Part shown: positions 45,364-57,800 of the stretch, in pieces
How positions within the stretch are numbered: position 1 is the first letter of the stretch
Layout: each line of letters opens with the position of its first letter
Translations under genes and position numbers: made by a program
The notes under the pieces: model-generated
Database searches by the model: none
What the model was told of the DNA's origin: nothing
What the model saw: the letters and a program-made list of their open reading frames with translations, nothing else
Assembly (NCBI RefSeq): GCF_011745625.1
Contig: NW_027191477.1
Location: 124,001-188,000 of the forward strand
Direction of reading: 5' to 3'
DNA from: Cladosporium halotolerans
Taxonomy: Eukaryota
Length of the DNA: 64,000 nt

Positions 45364-46713
45364 TCATTCTTGAACCGTCTGACGGGACTCCTCTTCTTCC
45401 TGCTCTCTCGCTGACTTTAGAGCCTGCTCTTGCAACCGGTTGTCGACCCTCCTCTTCCAAACAAAGGCTCTACCCGTAGCATTCCTGAAACGTTCACCAC
45501 TCCACAGAGCACTGCAACCAGGGCCATACATCCCACGCCTCACCGATCGATCTCTGCTGCAGATTACACTCAGCAGCATGTGAGTTTTCTCACTGAAATC
45601 GAACACTTCCTTGTCCATATCTTCGAGAGTGTCGATGATAGATGGCACGTCCAAATACCGTCGGTACAGAATGCGCATGTGGTTGTTGTAGAATGTTGAG
45701 CCTGCGATGAGGGCAAACGTCGCTGGGCCGAGAGACTTCAGGTATGGCATGAGAGACAGGCCCAGCTGCGACGAAGGGAAGGACGAGATGCACTCTTGCT
45801 GAAAAGCAATCAGGTGCCAAGGCGCGTTCTTCCTGATGATAGTACTTTCGCGCACATTACCCGGCCATTGCGGAATCATAGGGTCTGCATCCGCGTTCTT
45901 TTCGTCGTTCTTGTCGCTCTTTGCCTTGGTAGCCCGCTGTGCAGACCGCGCGAGTGGTTCGTCCAGCTTCAATGCAAGCACGCGCGAGAGCACCTTGTCA
46001 TGCAACAACTTCCACAGCTCAACATCGGTCTGCGCTTTCGAAAAAGCTTCCTTGACGTTTTCTCTGTCGGCTTCGATCGCCTCTTGCTCCATAACCGAGC
46101 GAGAATCACGCCTCGACTCGTTGGTCTTCTGCTCCCTCGTCACGCTTTCTGCTGGCGTGCCCTCGAGGTCGGCAGGTTGCCCGGCTGTTTGCTCAAATGC
46201 TTCCTGAAGAATTCCATCAAGCTGCTGTAGAGCTTCACCACCCTCTTTGCCCTCTTTGCCCTCTTTCTGCTGCTTCATGTTGAGCAATTTCTCGAAAGCC
46301 TTCTTTTCTGACGGGGTCATGGTAGAGTTGGAGAGCGTGTCGCGAACGGATCGCTTCTCGTTCCTAGCATCCTCGAACGGAATGTGTTCTTGCCTCTCAT
46401 ACTCAGGCCTCCGAGGTCTTTCCATTTCGGACTCGCCGCCATCTCTATTTTCGTAAGGACCTAGCGTCTTCCGGAAGTATTTCGAGTCCGGCGCCCTGTT
46501 TCTTGCGCCAGAGACGAACAATTTCCGGTCCTTATTAGTACGCTTGGAGCGCCGAAATCCGCGCTCTTGGAGGTCTTCGAAATCGCTCAAAGCGTCTGTA
46601 TACCGTGTTCGGATAGTCTGGGTGTTGTAAAGGAACGGCAGGATTGGCTCCGCCGCAGAGACTCGCCGCACTCCGGCAATACCATGTCGCCGCAGTGCCT
46701 GAGCCACCGGCAT
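45364..46713 (-). CDS. Mitochondrial protein, probably Mtf2-like (C-terminal helical domain)
   Basis: Presequence-like start, ILPFLYNTQTI, STMTPSEKKAFEKL, TDVELWKLL, YLKSLGPATFAL..STFYNNHM; resemblance to fungal Mtf2-like proteins is from memory. Confidence 0.6.
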   Translation of the reverse strand: MPVAQALRRHGIAGVRRVSAAEPILPFLYNTQTIRTRYTDALSDFEDLQERGFRRSKRTNKDRKLFVSGARNRAPDSKYFRKTLGPYENRDGGESEMERPRRPEYERQEHIPFEDARNEKRSVRDTLSNSTMTPSEKKAFEKLLNMKQQKEGKEGKEGGEALQQLDGILQEAFEQTAGQPADLEGTPAESVTREQKTNESRRDSRSVMEQEAIEADRENVKEAFSKAQTDVELWKLLHDKVLSRVLALKLDEPLARSAQRATKAKSDKNDEKNADADPMIPQWPGNVRESTIIRKNAPWHLIAFQQECISSFPSSQLGLSLMPYLKSLGPATFALIAGSTFYNNHMRILYRRYLDVPSIIDTLEDMDKEVFDFSEKTHMLLSVICSRDRSVRRGMYGPGCSALWSGERFRNATGRAFVWKRRVDNRLQEQALKSAREQEEEESRQTVQE

Positions 46714-47099
46714 CGCAAAATACACCGCCTCGATGTCCAGATGTCGTCCGAAGCTCCTGTGCCACCAGCGGAAAAGTACGGCCTGTCAGACACAACCCTG
46801 ATTCCAGAAGCTCTGTGGAACCGACTGCGCACGCGAGATAATCTCGCATCGCAGCCTCCGCGGCTAGATCCGCAGAGCCGCCGGATCTCGAGCTGACCTC
46901 ATCCGGGCCATTTCCCTTCACGAGCCAAAGCCAAATCTGGGGAAACGAAAGAACGCGCACAGACTGCGGCGGCCGGCGGCGAGCTTAGTAATAATCCCAG
47001 AAGAGCGAAACGGAGGGCGCGAGGGCCTTGCGAGATGGAGTGATGCCCATCACCGAAATCGAACTGCCCATCCTTTCGCGGTTCCTGTGCGCTGTCGAG

Positions 47100-47764
47100 A
47101 TGAACACCGGTTTGCCTCCGCAGCCTTTGGACGCTTCGGCTGAGCAGCAGCAGCGGGCTCAGCAGGATGGCGGGGAGGAGCAGAAGAAGCAGTTGCCGAA
47201 GGGTGTTGTGTTAGGTCCGGATGGGAAGCCGTGAGTCCGGTCGTCCTTTGTGAAGAGAGATTGTTGTAGCTCATCATAATACACAGATGCCGCTCTTGCA
47301 CTTCCGTCTCCTCATGGATGGCCATGGCACGCTCCGCGCCCGCTTCGAAAGACAAGCAACCTGGCACAATCCAAACCACTACTCCTCCCGCCGGCGCGAC
47401 CTCCTCTCTCTCCCTCCCCGATGACTGCCCGCCCGATGTGGAGCAGCTCGGCCGCTCAACCTGGACGCTCCTGCACAGCATGACAGCGAACTATCCGGAG
47501 CGACCATCTCTGACCCAACAGATGGAGACGAAGCAGTTCATCTCGCTGTTCGGCAAGATGTATCCTTGCTGGGTGTGCGCTGACGACTTTCGGTCGTGGA
47601 TGAAAGACGGCAACGAGCCCCGCGTGAGCAATCGGGACGAGTTTGGGAAGTGGATGTGCGAGGCGCATAACGCGGTGAATGTCAAGTTGGGCAAGAAAGA
47701 GTTCGACTGCAATAAGTGGGAGGAAAGGTGGCGGACGGGTTGGAAAGATGGTAGATGTGGTTGA
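47100..47764 (+). CDS. ERV1: Mitochondrial IMS FAD-linked sulfhydryl oxidase Erv1/ALR; exons 47100 (or 47043)-47230 and 47287-47764
   Basis: Intron 47231-47286 creates GKPCRSC (shuttle CxxC); CPPDVEQLGRSTWTLLH, YPCWVCA, WMCEAHNAVN, FDC. Confidence 0.94.
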
Positions 47765-47969
47765 TGTGGGAATTGGTTGTTTTGGTTGCATGGTGGGAGG
47801 CGTTTTGGGATATCTGCATGTGCATGGATGGAAGATTCTGGAGATGATACACTCAGCTTTACAGTACGAGGATGGTTTGTACGATAAGAGGACGATTTGA
47901 ACTACCGAGAGATCATGTACAAAAAGGAAGGACATCGCAATCACAATTCCCATCTCACCTCACTAACCT

Positions 47970-48668
47970 CTAAAAGCCCTTATTAACCCCCTCCCACTCC
48001 GGCTCCTCAAGCCTACATCTCAACAAATTCCAAGGCCAACTAACAGCCGGCGCCTTCGCATCCCTCTCCGCCCTTTCTCTCGCCTCAGCCTGCCCCGCGA
48101 CAATATCACCAAGCACCTTTGCCGGATTCCCACGCGGAAACTCCTCCTCCGCCGCCTTCACAAACTCCTCGCCCAGCAAAGCCCGATACCCCTCGTGCCC
48201 AAAGTCCGTCTTCGGCCCCAATCGAATCACCCGAGTCAAAGCACTCATGCGCTCCGCAAGCCCAGGCGACGTATGCAGCGCAATCGCCGTCCAGACCTCG
48301 CGCAAAACCACCTTATCGACCACGCCATGCGCCTGCATGAAATCGACCGCCGCGTCGGCGCCACAAGCCTCGAAGCGCTGCGCGTGATCGTGCGCCGCGC
48401 AGGTGCCCATGTCGTGGAAGATGCTGGCGAGGAAGATGGATTGCTCGTCGAGGAGTTGGGTGTCTGTGGCGAAGATTTCGGAGCCGGTGGTTGGGGTGAA
48501 TTGCGGGAGGGACGAGAGGTCCACTTTGCTGAAGGCGGAGGAGTAAAGGTAGACGCGCAGGCTGTGGGCGAGGATGACGGGGTGCAGTTGGGTTTGGGCG
48601 TGGTGGTATGCGGCTTGGGAGACGGCGTCTTTTGGGACACAAGACGGTATGGAGGAGCCGGTTGCCAT
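47970..48668 (-). CDS. HD-domain metalloprotein (cyanamide-hydratase-related family)
   Basis: AHSLRVYLY, ASIFHDMG, RFEACGADAA, VWTAIALHTSPG; intronless. Confidence 0.8.
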   Translation of the reverse strand: MATGSSIPSCVPKDAVSQAAYHHAQTQLHPVILAHSLRVYLYSSAFSKVDLSSLPQFTPTTGSEIFATDTQLLDEQSIFLASIFHDMGTCAAHDHAQRFEACGADAAVDFMQAHGVVDKVVLREVWTAIALHTSPGLAERMSALTRVIRLGPKTDFGHEGYRALLGEEFVKAAEEEFPRGNPAKVLGDIVAGQAEARERAERDAKAPAVSWPWNLLRCRLEEPEWEGVNKGF

Positions 48669-49187
48669 GACTGCGTTTAGTAGACGAGGACAGACGAGAG
48701 GCGGAAGCTGTAAAATTAGTTGACAGACTGTTCTGTAAGCGAGTGGAGACGTCTTGTATTATTACAAACGAGGGGTTTAAGAAAAAAAAGTGAACAGAGT
48801 CCAAGATCGCATTGATATACCGTCGGCTATGGTTCAATGACCACGGCCGAGGCGCCGCTCGGAGGGGAAGTCGTAGGGCGCATCATTGGTAATCGCCAAA
48901 ACCCAACCCTAACTGTCATGAAGGCCCCAAACGAACATGTCGTGCGCAGTGAGGAGAGTTGCAAAGACTTCCTTCGACAAGAACAATGCAAATGGACATA
49001 TGCAACCGAAACATGAAGTGCCGCGATCGCTCCTCGGAAATTGATGTCTCGTGACCACGCGCCGCGCCCGAGCCGCGCCCGCGCCGCATCATTGACGTCG
49101 GCCGTGCCGTCCGCCTCACATTTGTTTTGACCTCCGTACAGGCAAAGAGCACCACGCACAGCTATTAGGCTGTCTCTTGCTCACGCA

Positions 49188-50168
49188 ATGCCTGCGGCGA
49201 ATTCATCGACGCCGGTTCCCAAAGCGGCCAAGCCGTCGCGGGCGATTTTCGACCCGTTCAACTCGTCCGCCACCGGCCACCAGCGCGCGGAAAACAGACT
49301 CGGCGGCAGCACGTCGTGGCGCGACTCGCGGTCGCTGAAGTTGAGGGAGCAGTTTGCTTCTGGCTCGGGCGGTGGAAAACGCGTGTCGGACACGGTTGGC
49401 GCGGGGAGTCTGGATTTCGGGAACGATGGAAGGACGGAGAATGGTGGGTGGGTTGAGGGCGCGAAGGGGTTGAGGACTGGGGGCCAGACGAGCTTGTGGG
49501 AGTCTATGAGGCTTGAGAAGGATGTTGAGAGGCCGACGAAGAAGGCTAAGGTTGAGGACGGTGTCGATGCGACGAAGGTGGTCAATCCTTTTGCGCCGTT
49601 TCGGAGGCCGGATGGAGAGGTCAGGGAATCGAGCTGGACGAGCCATGAGTCTAGTCCTTCTCATTTACTTTCGCCTTGGGATGCCGATGATGAGAACTGT
49701 ATTCCGCCATCTGGCCAAGTCGAAGAGCGGGACGAGAACGAAGCAACACCTATCGAGAAAGAACCAGAATCACATCCCCAGATTTTCTCAGGTCTCACTT
49801 TCTACGTCAACGGCTCGACTATGCCACACATTTCGGACCACAAGCTCAAGCATCTTCTCAGTCTTCACGGTGGCAACTTGAGCATCGCCCTGGGCCGCAG
49901 ATCAGTCACGCACGTCATTCTAGGCAAGCCAGGCGGTCCAGGCGAAGGTTGCGGCGGAGGCCTAGCAGGAACAAAAATCCAGAAGGAGATCTCTCGCAAG
50001 AGCGGCAAGGCGATCCGATTCGTGACCGCGGAGTGGGTGGTCGAGAGTGTCAAAGCTGGCAAACGACTAGCGGAGTCAAGATTCGAGGGCATGAAGCTTG
50101 CGCCGAAGGGTGTCAATGGTATTGCCGGCATGTTCGCAAAACAGGGCAGCGGGAAGAAGCCTGGATGA
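49188..50168 (+). CDS. Single BRCT-domain protein (Rev1-type BRCT, no polymerase domain)
   Basis: IFSGLTFYVNGST..SDHKLKHLLSLHGG..VTHVIL..FVTAEWVVESVKAGKRL; N-terminal FDPFNSSATGHQRAE. Confidence 0.85.
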   Translation: MPAANSSTPVPKAAKPSRAIFDPFNSSATGHQRAENRLGGSTSWRDSRSLKLREQFASGSGGGKRVSDTVGAGSLDFGNDGRTENGGWVEGAKGLRTGGQTSLWESMRLEKDVERPTKKAKVEDGVDATKVVNPFAPFRRPDGEVRESSWTSHESSPSHLLSPWDADDENCIPPSGQVEERDENEATPIEKEPESHPQIFSGLTFYVNGSTMPHISDHKLKHLLSLHGGNLSIALGRRSVTHVILGKPGGPGEGCGGGLAGTKIQKEISRKSGKAIRFVTAEWVVESVKAGKRLAESRFEGMKLAPKGVNGIAGMFAKQGSGKKPG

Positions 50169-50801
50169 AGAGCTTGGGGTTTCTGTCACTGTGATATGGT
50201 CATGCTGTGGCAGTATCATTGCTACATCCTAAACACTGAAAATCGCGTACAAGCGACACCAGCATCCTAAGACGGCGAAAACTTGGCCGGCCGTTAATTC
50301 TCCAAACATGGAGGAAACACTATACGGAGTCGCCGATTCCAGGGCGTCTGTGACCGAAAAGAGGCACTCAGAGTCCCACAGCGACCAACGAGTCCGCAGG
50401 AGCAACGAGGCTTGCGATGCAAAGTCACCACACCGCACCGCATACTGCGCAGACATCTTTCGCCGGGAAGACCTAGGGTCATACCTTATGCGGAACGTCG
50501 AAAGAGATAGAAGAAAGAGACGATATCACACAACACATGAGAATCGTTGAAACATGTCCCTTATCAACTGCTTTTCTCTATCATGAAACGCCTTTAAGGT
50601 CCTGGCATGGCAAGTCTTTATCTTCGAATCATCTGAGTCCTCGGACTGTCTCAGTCGTCTGAGGTATTAACGCAATTAGAATCGGCGCTCGTAAGTAGTC
50701 ATATCTCCGCGCTTGCAGGTCGGTTGTTGGCTGCTGATCCGTCTGTATTGCACATGATCGACCGAGCTGTGTCGAAACACAATTCGACGAGAATGCAAAC
50801 G

Positions 50802-51566
50802 TCAAGCGATCGCATCGCCAGGCTGCAAGCCACTCTTAGGTCTCGACCGATTACTTGGCAACTCCTTGTCTCCTCTGGTGTTCCCATACCTTTGTCTCCA
50901 CGCCATGGACCCGATGCAACGCTTCTCACAATCACATCCCAATAGGCCAGCATGGTGTCGCTTGCGCCTAGTGTTGTGCAGATACGTTTCCAGGTTGAGG
51001 TGCGCCAAGTTCATGCAATGATTAGGATGACCGAACAGATTGCACCTTGCGCTGCCCTCGAAGACATACCTTTTCACATTATGGCATCGAGTGATGACGG
51101 CTTTCCAGAGGTCTTTGCGTTCGAGCTTCGTGATCGCCAGCAATCTGGATGAAACGAATCGAAACGAAATAGACTTGTTACAGTGATCGCAGCACGCCTT
51201 CAGTAATTTGGTGTAACTTCGTCGCTGTCCGTTGGCAGCGTACCTGTCGAAAGGGCGGCAGCGTTGTAAGCCTGAAGGGATAGTTTGCCACTGATCAATC
51301 CAGCAGCCAAGGGAATTGTAGTTCGCGAGCAATACTGTCAGTCTGTGATTCTGAACAGAACATCGGCCAAAGATTGTCTCGACTGTTGCGTTCGACCAGT
51401 GTTCTAGCTTAGGATATCTTTCTTTCTGGAGAACGATGTCCGTTTCTGCACCGTCTACATCGTGAGCTTTGTGCAGCTGGTTTCTCTTGCGTTTGCGATC
51501 TCTGTCAAGCATTCGGGTCATCTTGTCCCCAAGTGCTGAGCGTTTCGATCCGTTTGTTGTACTCAT
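50802..51566 (-). CDS. Hypothetical orphan protein (NLS-like RKRKR, Cys/His-rich)
   Basis: 254-aa ATG ORF filling an AT-richer interval; no recognised domain. Confidence 0.4.
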   Translation of the reverse strand: MSTTNGSKRSALGDKMTRMLDRDRKRKRNQLHKAHDVDGAETDIVLQKERYPKLEHWSNATVETIFGRCSVQNHRLTVLLANYNSLGCWIDQWQTIPSGLQRCRPFDRYAANGQRRSYTKLLKACCDHCNKSISFRFVSSRLLAITKLERKDLWKAVITRCHNVKRYVFEGSARCNLFGHPNHCMNLAHLNLETYLHNTRRKRHHAGLLGCDCEKRCIGSMAWRQRYGNTRGDKELPSNRSRPKSGLQPGDAIA

Positions 51567-52520
51567 GGTGCGAGGCGTTCACACTCGTTGTACCCTCGTA
51601 GATCAGATATTGAATACTTTAATGTGTGTTCGATTCAGATTTGTAGGTTGTATGACCGGATGTCGAAATTTATCGTCTGAAGCGTCTGAAATGAGATGTA
51701 ATATATTAGGGAGTCAGTCACATGGGAGTTTCACTTCCAATCGTCTCTTGATTCATTTGGCAGCTCTCGAAAGTGAATTGTCAATTGCAAAAGAACAAAG
51801 GCATGACGCTAATACTGCCATCTATCCACGAATCGGCTATCATCCTCCCAATACCCCCAGTAATAGATTATGTGCATCGAACAAGGACGTCCGTTGATGA
51901 TACTCAAAAAGCCCGTGGTAACTTGGTTGAGCCATAGGCATGCGAGCCTTTTATCCAAGACATCTCGTCGGGCTTCACACGAGCATGAGCGACATGAGCT
52001 CCACCGAGACTCGCGAGATCCCTCCATTGTGATGTGCATCAAAGAATAAGTAGATGTTCCTTGGAGGTCTCGCCGAACCTCAAACGACCGGAGCAGCGGC
52101 AGTCCAGGTTCGGCATTCCGCGGAGAGCTGCAGCCGTGAGCAGCCCCACCACCCCTCTCGCTCTCGTGCCCACCTCACCAGGCTCACCACACCGGCACAC
52201 GCGATCGTCAGCAGGTGAGCTCGCCTTTGCCGCACTCGACTCCGGCACTGCGCATCATTGGCCCAACCGTCCGCTGCTCTGCGACAGTCCTTGACCTCTG
52301 TCATGTGCCATCCCCAAGAGTCATGTCGACATGCCCTGTCGGTGAGCACCGCTGCCGTCCAGTAGTCTGCTGCCCGACATCACTCACTGTTGATGGCCTT
52401 ATCTTCTCTGCTGCTCTACCTCAAGAGCACACCGTAGCGCATCGTGTCCGACTCCCACAATCGCTGGCATAGCCAGTACCAAGTGACATCACAACCCTCT
52501 CCATATCAACAAACGCCACC

Positions 52521-53358
52521 ATGCCTCCCTTCCCAATACACGTCCCAGCTCCAACAACGCCTTTCCCAACCTACCTACTCCCTTCCCTACCCTTCCGCCG
52601 GCGTCAGTCCAGCACTTCCTCAGCGGCTAGCACAACGCGCTCAGATAGCATCTCGAGCGCATCGCCTTCAGAAACAGAAACCAGCTTCCTAACCGGCGCA
52701 AACTCCCACCTACGCTGCGGCCGCTGCCTCGCGGACCTCGCGCTCTCCTCACAAATCATAAGCAAAGGCTTCGTGAGCAAAGCTCCACATTACCTTGCAA
52801 ACCACAATCCACTAACAACCCCAGACCGGCCGCCACGGCCGCGCCTACCTCGTCGCGCCCTCCAGCAGCTCGATCAGCCCCAATCCACTAACCCTCCGCA
52901 CGGCAGCGCAGAAGAACGCGGCCCTGCCCAACCTCCCCAACACTTTCACTCACAAACCCGTGCCCCGCCAACTCGTCACGGGCGCGCACACGGTCAGCGA
53001 CATTAGCTGCGCGCAGTGCGGCAGCGTGCTAGGGTGGAAGTACGTGGCGGCTGAGGACGAAGGGCAGAGGTACAAAGTGGGGAAGTTCATTCTCGAGACG
53101 CGCAAGGTGTGCCGGAGCAGTACGTGGGAGAGCGAGAGTGGGGATGGAGAGCGTGTGGTGGAGGTGAGTGGCGGGAGGAGAAAGAGTTCGCTTGCGATGC
53201 CGCCGGAGGGGATTGAGGCTGTGAGGGAGGAGGAAGGGGAGGTGGAGTTTGACAGCCAGGATGAGGACGAGTGCGAGGATCTGTTTATGGGGGTTTGGAC
53301 GCCGCAGTTGGCCACGACGAGGAGGAGGGCGAAGATTGTGGAGAGATTAGAGGAGTAG
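52521..53358 (+). CDS. Yippee/Mis18 zinc-binding protein (Moh1/YPEL-like); exons 52521-52772 and 52825-53358
   Basis: LRCGRC..QIISKGF/TGRHGRAYL across a 52-nt intron 52773-52824; RQLVTGAHTVSDISCAQCGSVLGWKY..QRYKVGKFILE. Confidence 0.92.
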
Positions 53359-53937
53359 GGTTGCTTGGTCTGTTGTTGCTTGATGCGATGGTTTTAATGG
53401 TCCGGACTGCGCAAGAGGATGTGGCGTTTGATCTTCTCGGTTCGTTGAGGCCGTGGTGATATCGGTTTGGCATGGCTTTTGGGAGGCGTCTGGGCTGAGA
53501 ACGTTGTTTCCGAGCGATATTATACCCTTTGCTGTTTCGTTCTAAATTAATGATAATGACTGCGAAGGCCTGCTACAGGCTAAAATACGAGACGCAATTA
53601 CCATCATGGTTGCTTGCCAATGATGCTTGATACTCGTACTTCTCGGGGGCAGGCAACATTTTCTTTCCTGGACTCAGACTGTCTGCATAATCACATGCTT
53701 ATCATTGGGACATGACATTGCAACTACCGTTTGCAAGACCAGCCAAACCATTTCTCTTCCTTGTTGCAGACCCTCACACTTCCACCGACGCCATCACCAA
53801 AGCAAACCCCACCAACTTCGTCACCGAAGCCCGACTGACAAAGCCCGCCGCATCACCTCCAACGCTCACATCCCACCACTCTCACTGTGAGCCAAACACA
53901 AAATACCCAAAACTCCTACACACACGCAACCGCCAAA

Positions 53938-54418
53938 ATGCAGATCAAGTACGCCTCATCTTCTCCTCCTAACCTAGGCTGAATACTAACCCCAACTCCC
54001 AGAGTCCGCACCCTAACCGGCAAAGAGATCGAGCTGGACATCGAGCCCGACTACAAGGTACGGCACACTACCTCACCTCCTGCAGCGCACCGCACCGAAT
54101 TCGTCGAAGCACCAGAGCCCTAACACAACATTGCAACAATAGGTCCAGCGCATCAAGGAGCGCGTCGAAGAGAAAGAGGGCATCCCGCCGCAGCAGCAGC
54201 GTCTGATCTACGGCGGAAAGCAGATGTAAGAACACTTCCAGAACTCGGCTTTGGGACCCATAAGAAGCTCGCAGTGGGAAGGAGCAGGATCACCAGGAGA
54301 ACAACAAGGCGCTGACAAGCTCCCAAACAGGGCCGACGACAAGACCGCCGAGGAGTACAACCTGGAGGGCGGCGCGACGCTGCACTTGGTTCTCGCGCTG
54401 CGCGGTGGGCGTTCGTAA
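53938..54418 (+). CDS. NEDD8: Ubiquitin-like protein NEDD8/Rub1; exons 53938-53948, 54003-54057, 54143-54225, 54331-54418
   Basis: Spliced translation [78 protein letters not shown]; Ala72 and LRGG are diagnostic; three canonical introns. Absent from the ORF track. Confidence 0.96.
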
Positions 54419-54872
54419 GACAAGGGCCTCGGATGCGAGTGACAGGCTGAGAGAATAGCTGTCCCGGACGACGAGTATCGAGCGACAATGCTCACAATTA
54501 CGAAGACACGCAGCTTGGTTTCGAAGGCGGGGCGTTTGCGGGCGTCATGCTTGAAGGAGGACGTCTAGATTTTTCGAGTAGCATGGACGAGCGCGGGTGT
54601 CTTTGACACAGCAGCATGTGATGCTGTTATAGCGGTTCCTGACTTGACCAAATAGGCGAAGGCGCAGCTGAAGAGGAAATTACAATACGAAGAAGCTTGC
54701 ATAAAGGAGCACGCGAACAGTTGCGAAAGATTCAAATTACACTCCCCAAAAACCCACGCATGCACAACCGCTTACAGGTATCTCGAGTTTCGTGACCATC
54801 TCACATATCCAACCTCGTCCAGCACCAACCCACAAAGACGCCAGAACGCCACATCACCGTCCCAGAGATCCG

Positions 54873-57800
54873 CTAAGCAGACCCCGTCACCCGCCTAATG
54901 CTCCTCCTGGCACCCTCACCAAGCACCTGCACCTTACCCTCCTGCTCCAGACTCCTAACCGCATCCGCAAACTCCTGCCCCTCGATAGCAACGGAGCTCT
55001 GCTCGCTCAGCGTCCGAACAACATCACCATACCTCGCGCTCGCGCCGCCAGCCCTAAGCATCTCATCCAACATACTCAGAACACCAGCCTTTAGATCCTC
55101 CTTGCGCTTCCTCTCGCTCGCGCTCGTGCCCTCCGTCAACAAGCCCATATCAATCAAGCCCGTGCGGGCGTCGGTGGCGGCCTGCTTGAGAGCGGACTGG
55201 ATGAGGCGGACGGCCTCGTCGACATCGTGCTCGGTGACGGTGGTGGAGAGGCGCATTTTGGCGTGCGCCTCCGACAGGCGGATCATGCTCTCGAGCTGAC
55301 GGGTGGTCGCGGTGATGCGGCGCTCGGAGGCGCGGATGTCCTCGCCGAGCTTGCGCATGGCAACATAGGCGGCGACGAGGGCTTCGGCGGCGGGCGCGGA
55401 GATGGTGGGTTGGATGTTGGAGCGGGCGTAGGAGATGTAGGAGGTGAGGAATTCGACGGGCTGGGTGGGAGGTGTTAGCGCGTGGATTCGGGTTTGGGAG
55501 GGAGAGGGTGGAGGAGGGCTTACCAGGACCTCATCTTTGCTTGCGTTGTCAGGCGTGTCTTCGAGGTACATGCCGACCAAGTGCCGAGCGAGCTTGCGAT
55601 CCGCTGACTCCTCGATGCGGTCGAGAACAAGGTAGACCAAATCGAATCTGCTGAGAAGGGTGGGCGGCAGATCGATGTTCTGCGGGACTGGCAAGTTCGG
55701 GTTGTACTTGCTGCCGATAGGATTGGCAGATGCAAGGATGGAGGTTCTTGCGTTGAGCGTGGTGATGATGCCGGCCTTTGCGATCGAGACGGTCTGCTGT
55801 TCCATGACTTCGTGAAGCACCGATCTCGTCGATTCAGACATCTTGTCGAACTCATCAATACAGCAGACACCACCGTCACTAAGGACGAGAGCGCCAGACT
55901 CGAGGACGAGAGAGCGTGTCTCTGGGTCTCTTGTCACGTACGCGGTCAAACCCACGGCAGAGGAGCCCTTGCCCGAAGTGTACACTCCGCGAGGCGCAAT
56001 CTTGTGAACGTACTCAAGCATCTTCGACTTCGAAGTAGAGGGGTCACCGCAGAGTAGCACGTTGATGTCTCCACGGTACTTTGGCGAGCCACCTTTCTCG
56101 AAGCTTTTGTTGGTGCCGCCGAAAAGCTGCAGCAAGATACCCTTCTTGACATCGTCCATCTCGTAAATCGATGGAGCCAGCGAGCGAGAGAGCAGCTCGT
56201 AGACATCCGGTCTGGCGGCGATCTCCTTGATCTTCGCTTCCTCCTCCTCACTGACCTTGCGGGTCTCTTCGATGTTTCCAGAAACTTGGTCCGAAAGCTC
56301 CTCTTCGATGGTGGTGGGATCAATTCCCATGCGTTTCTTGTCGACTTTCTGAATGTGGAGGCAGTCGACGTAAGTCTTGAAGATGTTCTTGACAGAGCGC
56401 TGTCGAGGGTTGACGCGGACTTGGTTGCACTTAAAGATACCCGTGATCTCAACTCTGTCACCAGCCTTGCACATATCCACGAGCTCGTCGTAGGCGCAAA
56501 GGGAGACTGAATGCGGTGTCTGACCATCAGGGACCGAATCTGGTGTCTCTTGCAGCTTGATGACCTGCTTGTCCGCGAAACCAGAGCGATTGTGGACGAT
56601 TTGCATGCTGTTCGCGGAATTGCAGATCTCTCTTGGGCACCTTGTAGGCTCGGCGATCTTGCCGCGGTCAATGTCAACCTTCACAGTATGATGACAGACC
56701 GAGCAACGGAAGAATGCATCCTTCATGTCGGGAATGACAGGGGTTGTACGAATCACGAGACCTTTCACAGACACCATCTTGTCCATGTCGCCAGGGTTGA
56801 GGTCACGCAAGTTGATGGTCTTGTCCATGCCGAAAGGCCGCACGCGGTAGATTCTCTGTTCAGCTTCGGTGACAAGATCAGGAATCTCGTCTGCTACCTC
56901 CGCGGGAACAGGCGCCTGGCCGCCGATATTGTTATCAACATCAGAGCTAGGCATAGGGGGAGCAGAGCTAAGGTCGCGTGTTCTGTTCGTTTCGCCGTTC
57001 CTCTGTTGTGACTGCTGGCGCATCATGTCCATCTTTCTTTCTGCAAGCTCAACGACAACGTCCTTGATCACAGTATCCATCAGGGGAATAATTTCGCTAG
57101 GGAAGGACTGCAGTTGGTGCCAGAGCTTCCTAGTCGGAGGATAGGCCTTGAGATTCTTCGCGTCCAGGTACAAGAACCGAACGCCAAGCTCGATCATGGT
57201 CTCCATCATTGACACGTACTCCTTCTCACGGCCTGGGTGGCCAGGCTCCAGTGTTGTTCCTTCGGCAAGCTCTCCGTCTGCGATCATGCGGTATTTCTTT
57301 TCGAAGTTGAGGAGGAAGTCTCTCATGGCTTTGAAGGAGTGCTGGATAGAGACGTTTGTGCCCCAAATGACAGCGCCCGTGTTGCCGCCCAACTGGTCGG
57401 CATCCGAAGTGTTGGGGTTGAGGTTAGAGAACGTCGCTGCGTCTGACGGAGCGTCTGCGACTGGCATACCGCTCTCGTCGACAAACATCCGTCTTCTTCT
57501 GCTACTGCTGGGATCCATGATATCGGAGTCGATGTCGTGGCGTCTATTCATAGCGTTCGTCTGGCTTCTCAGAGGGGATCGGACGAACAAGCCACTTGAG
57601 CTGGTTCTGTCCGGTCGACGAGCGTCACTCATGGGACCGGCAGGATCAGAGCTGGAGGCGTAGTGAATCGGCGACGAATCTGTAGCATGTCAATATTGGC
57701 ATCATTGGCGGAATCAGTGCAGACACACCTCCTGCCATTCCACCGCTTGCTCTAGGCGTCCTGGCTCCATCGCTGCTGGCAGGGCCAGCCTGCCCCTTCA

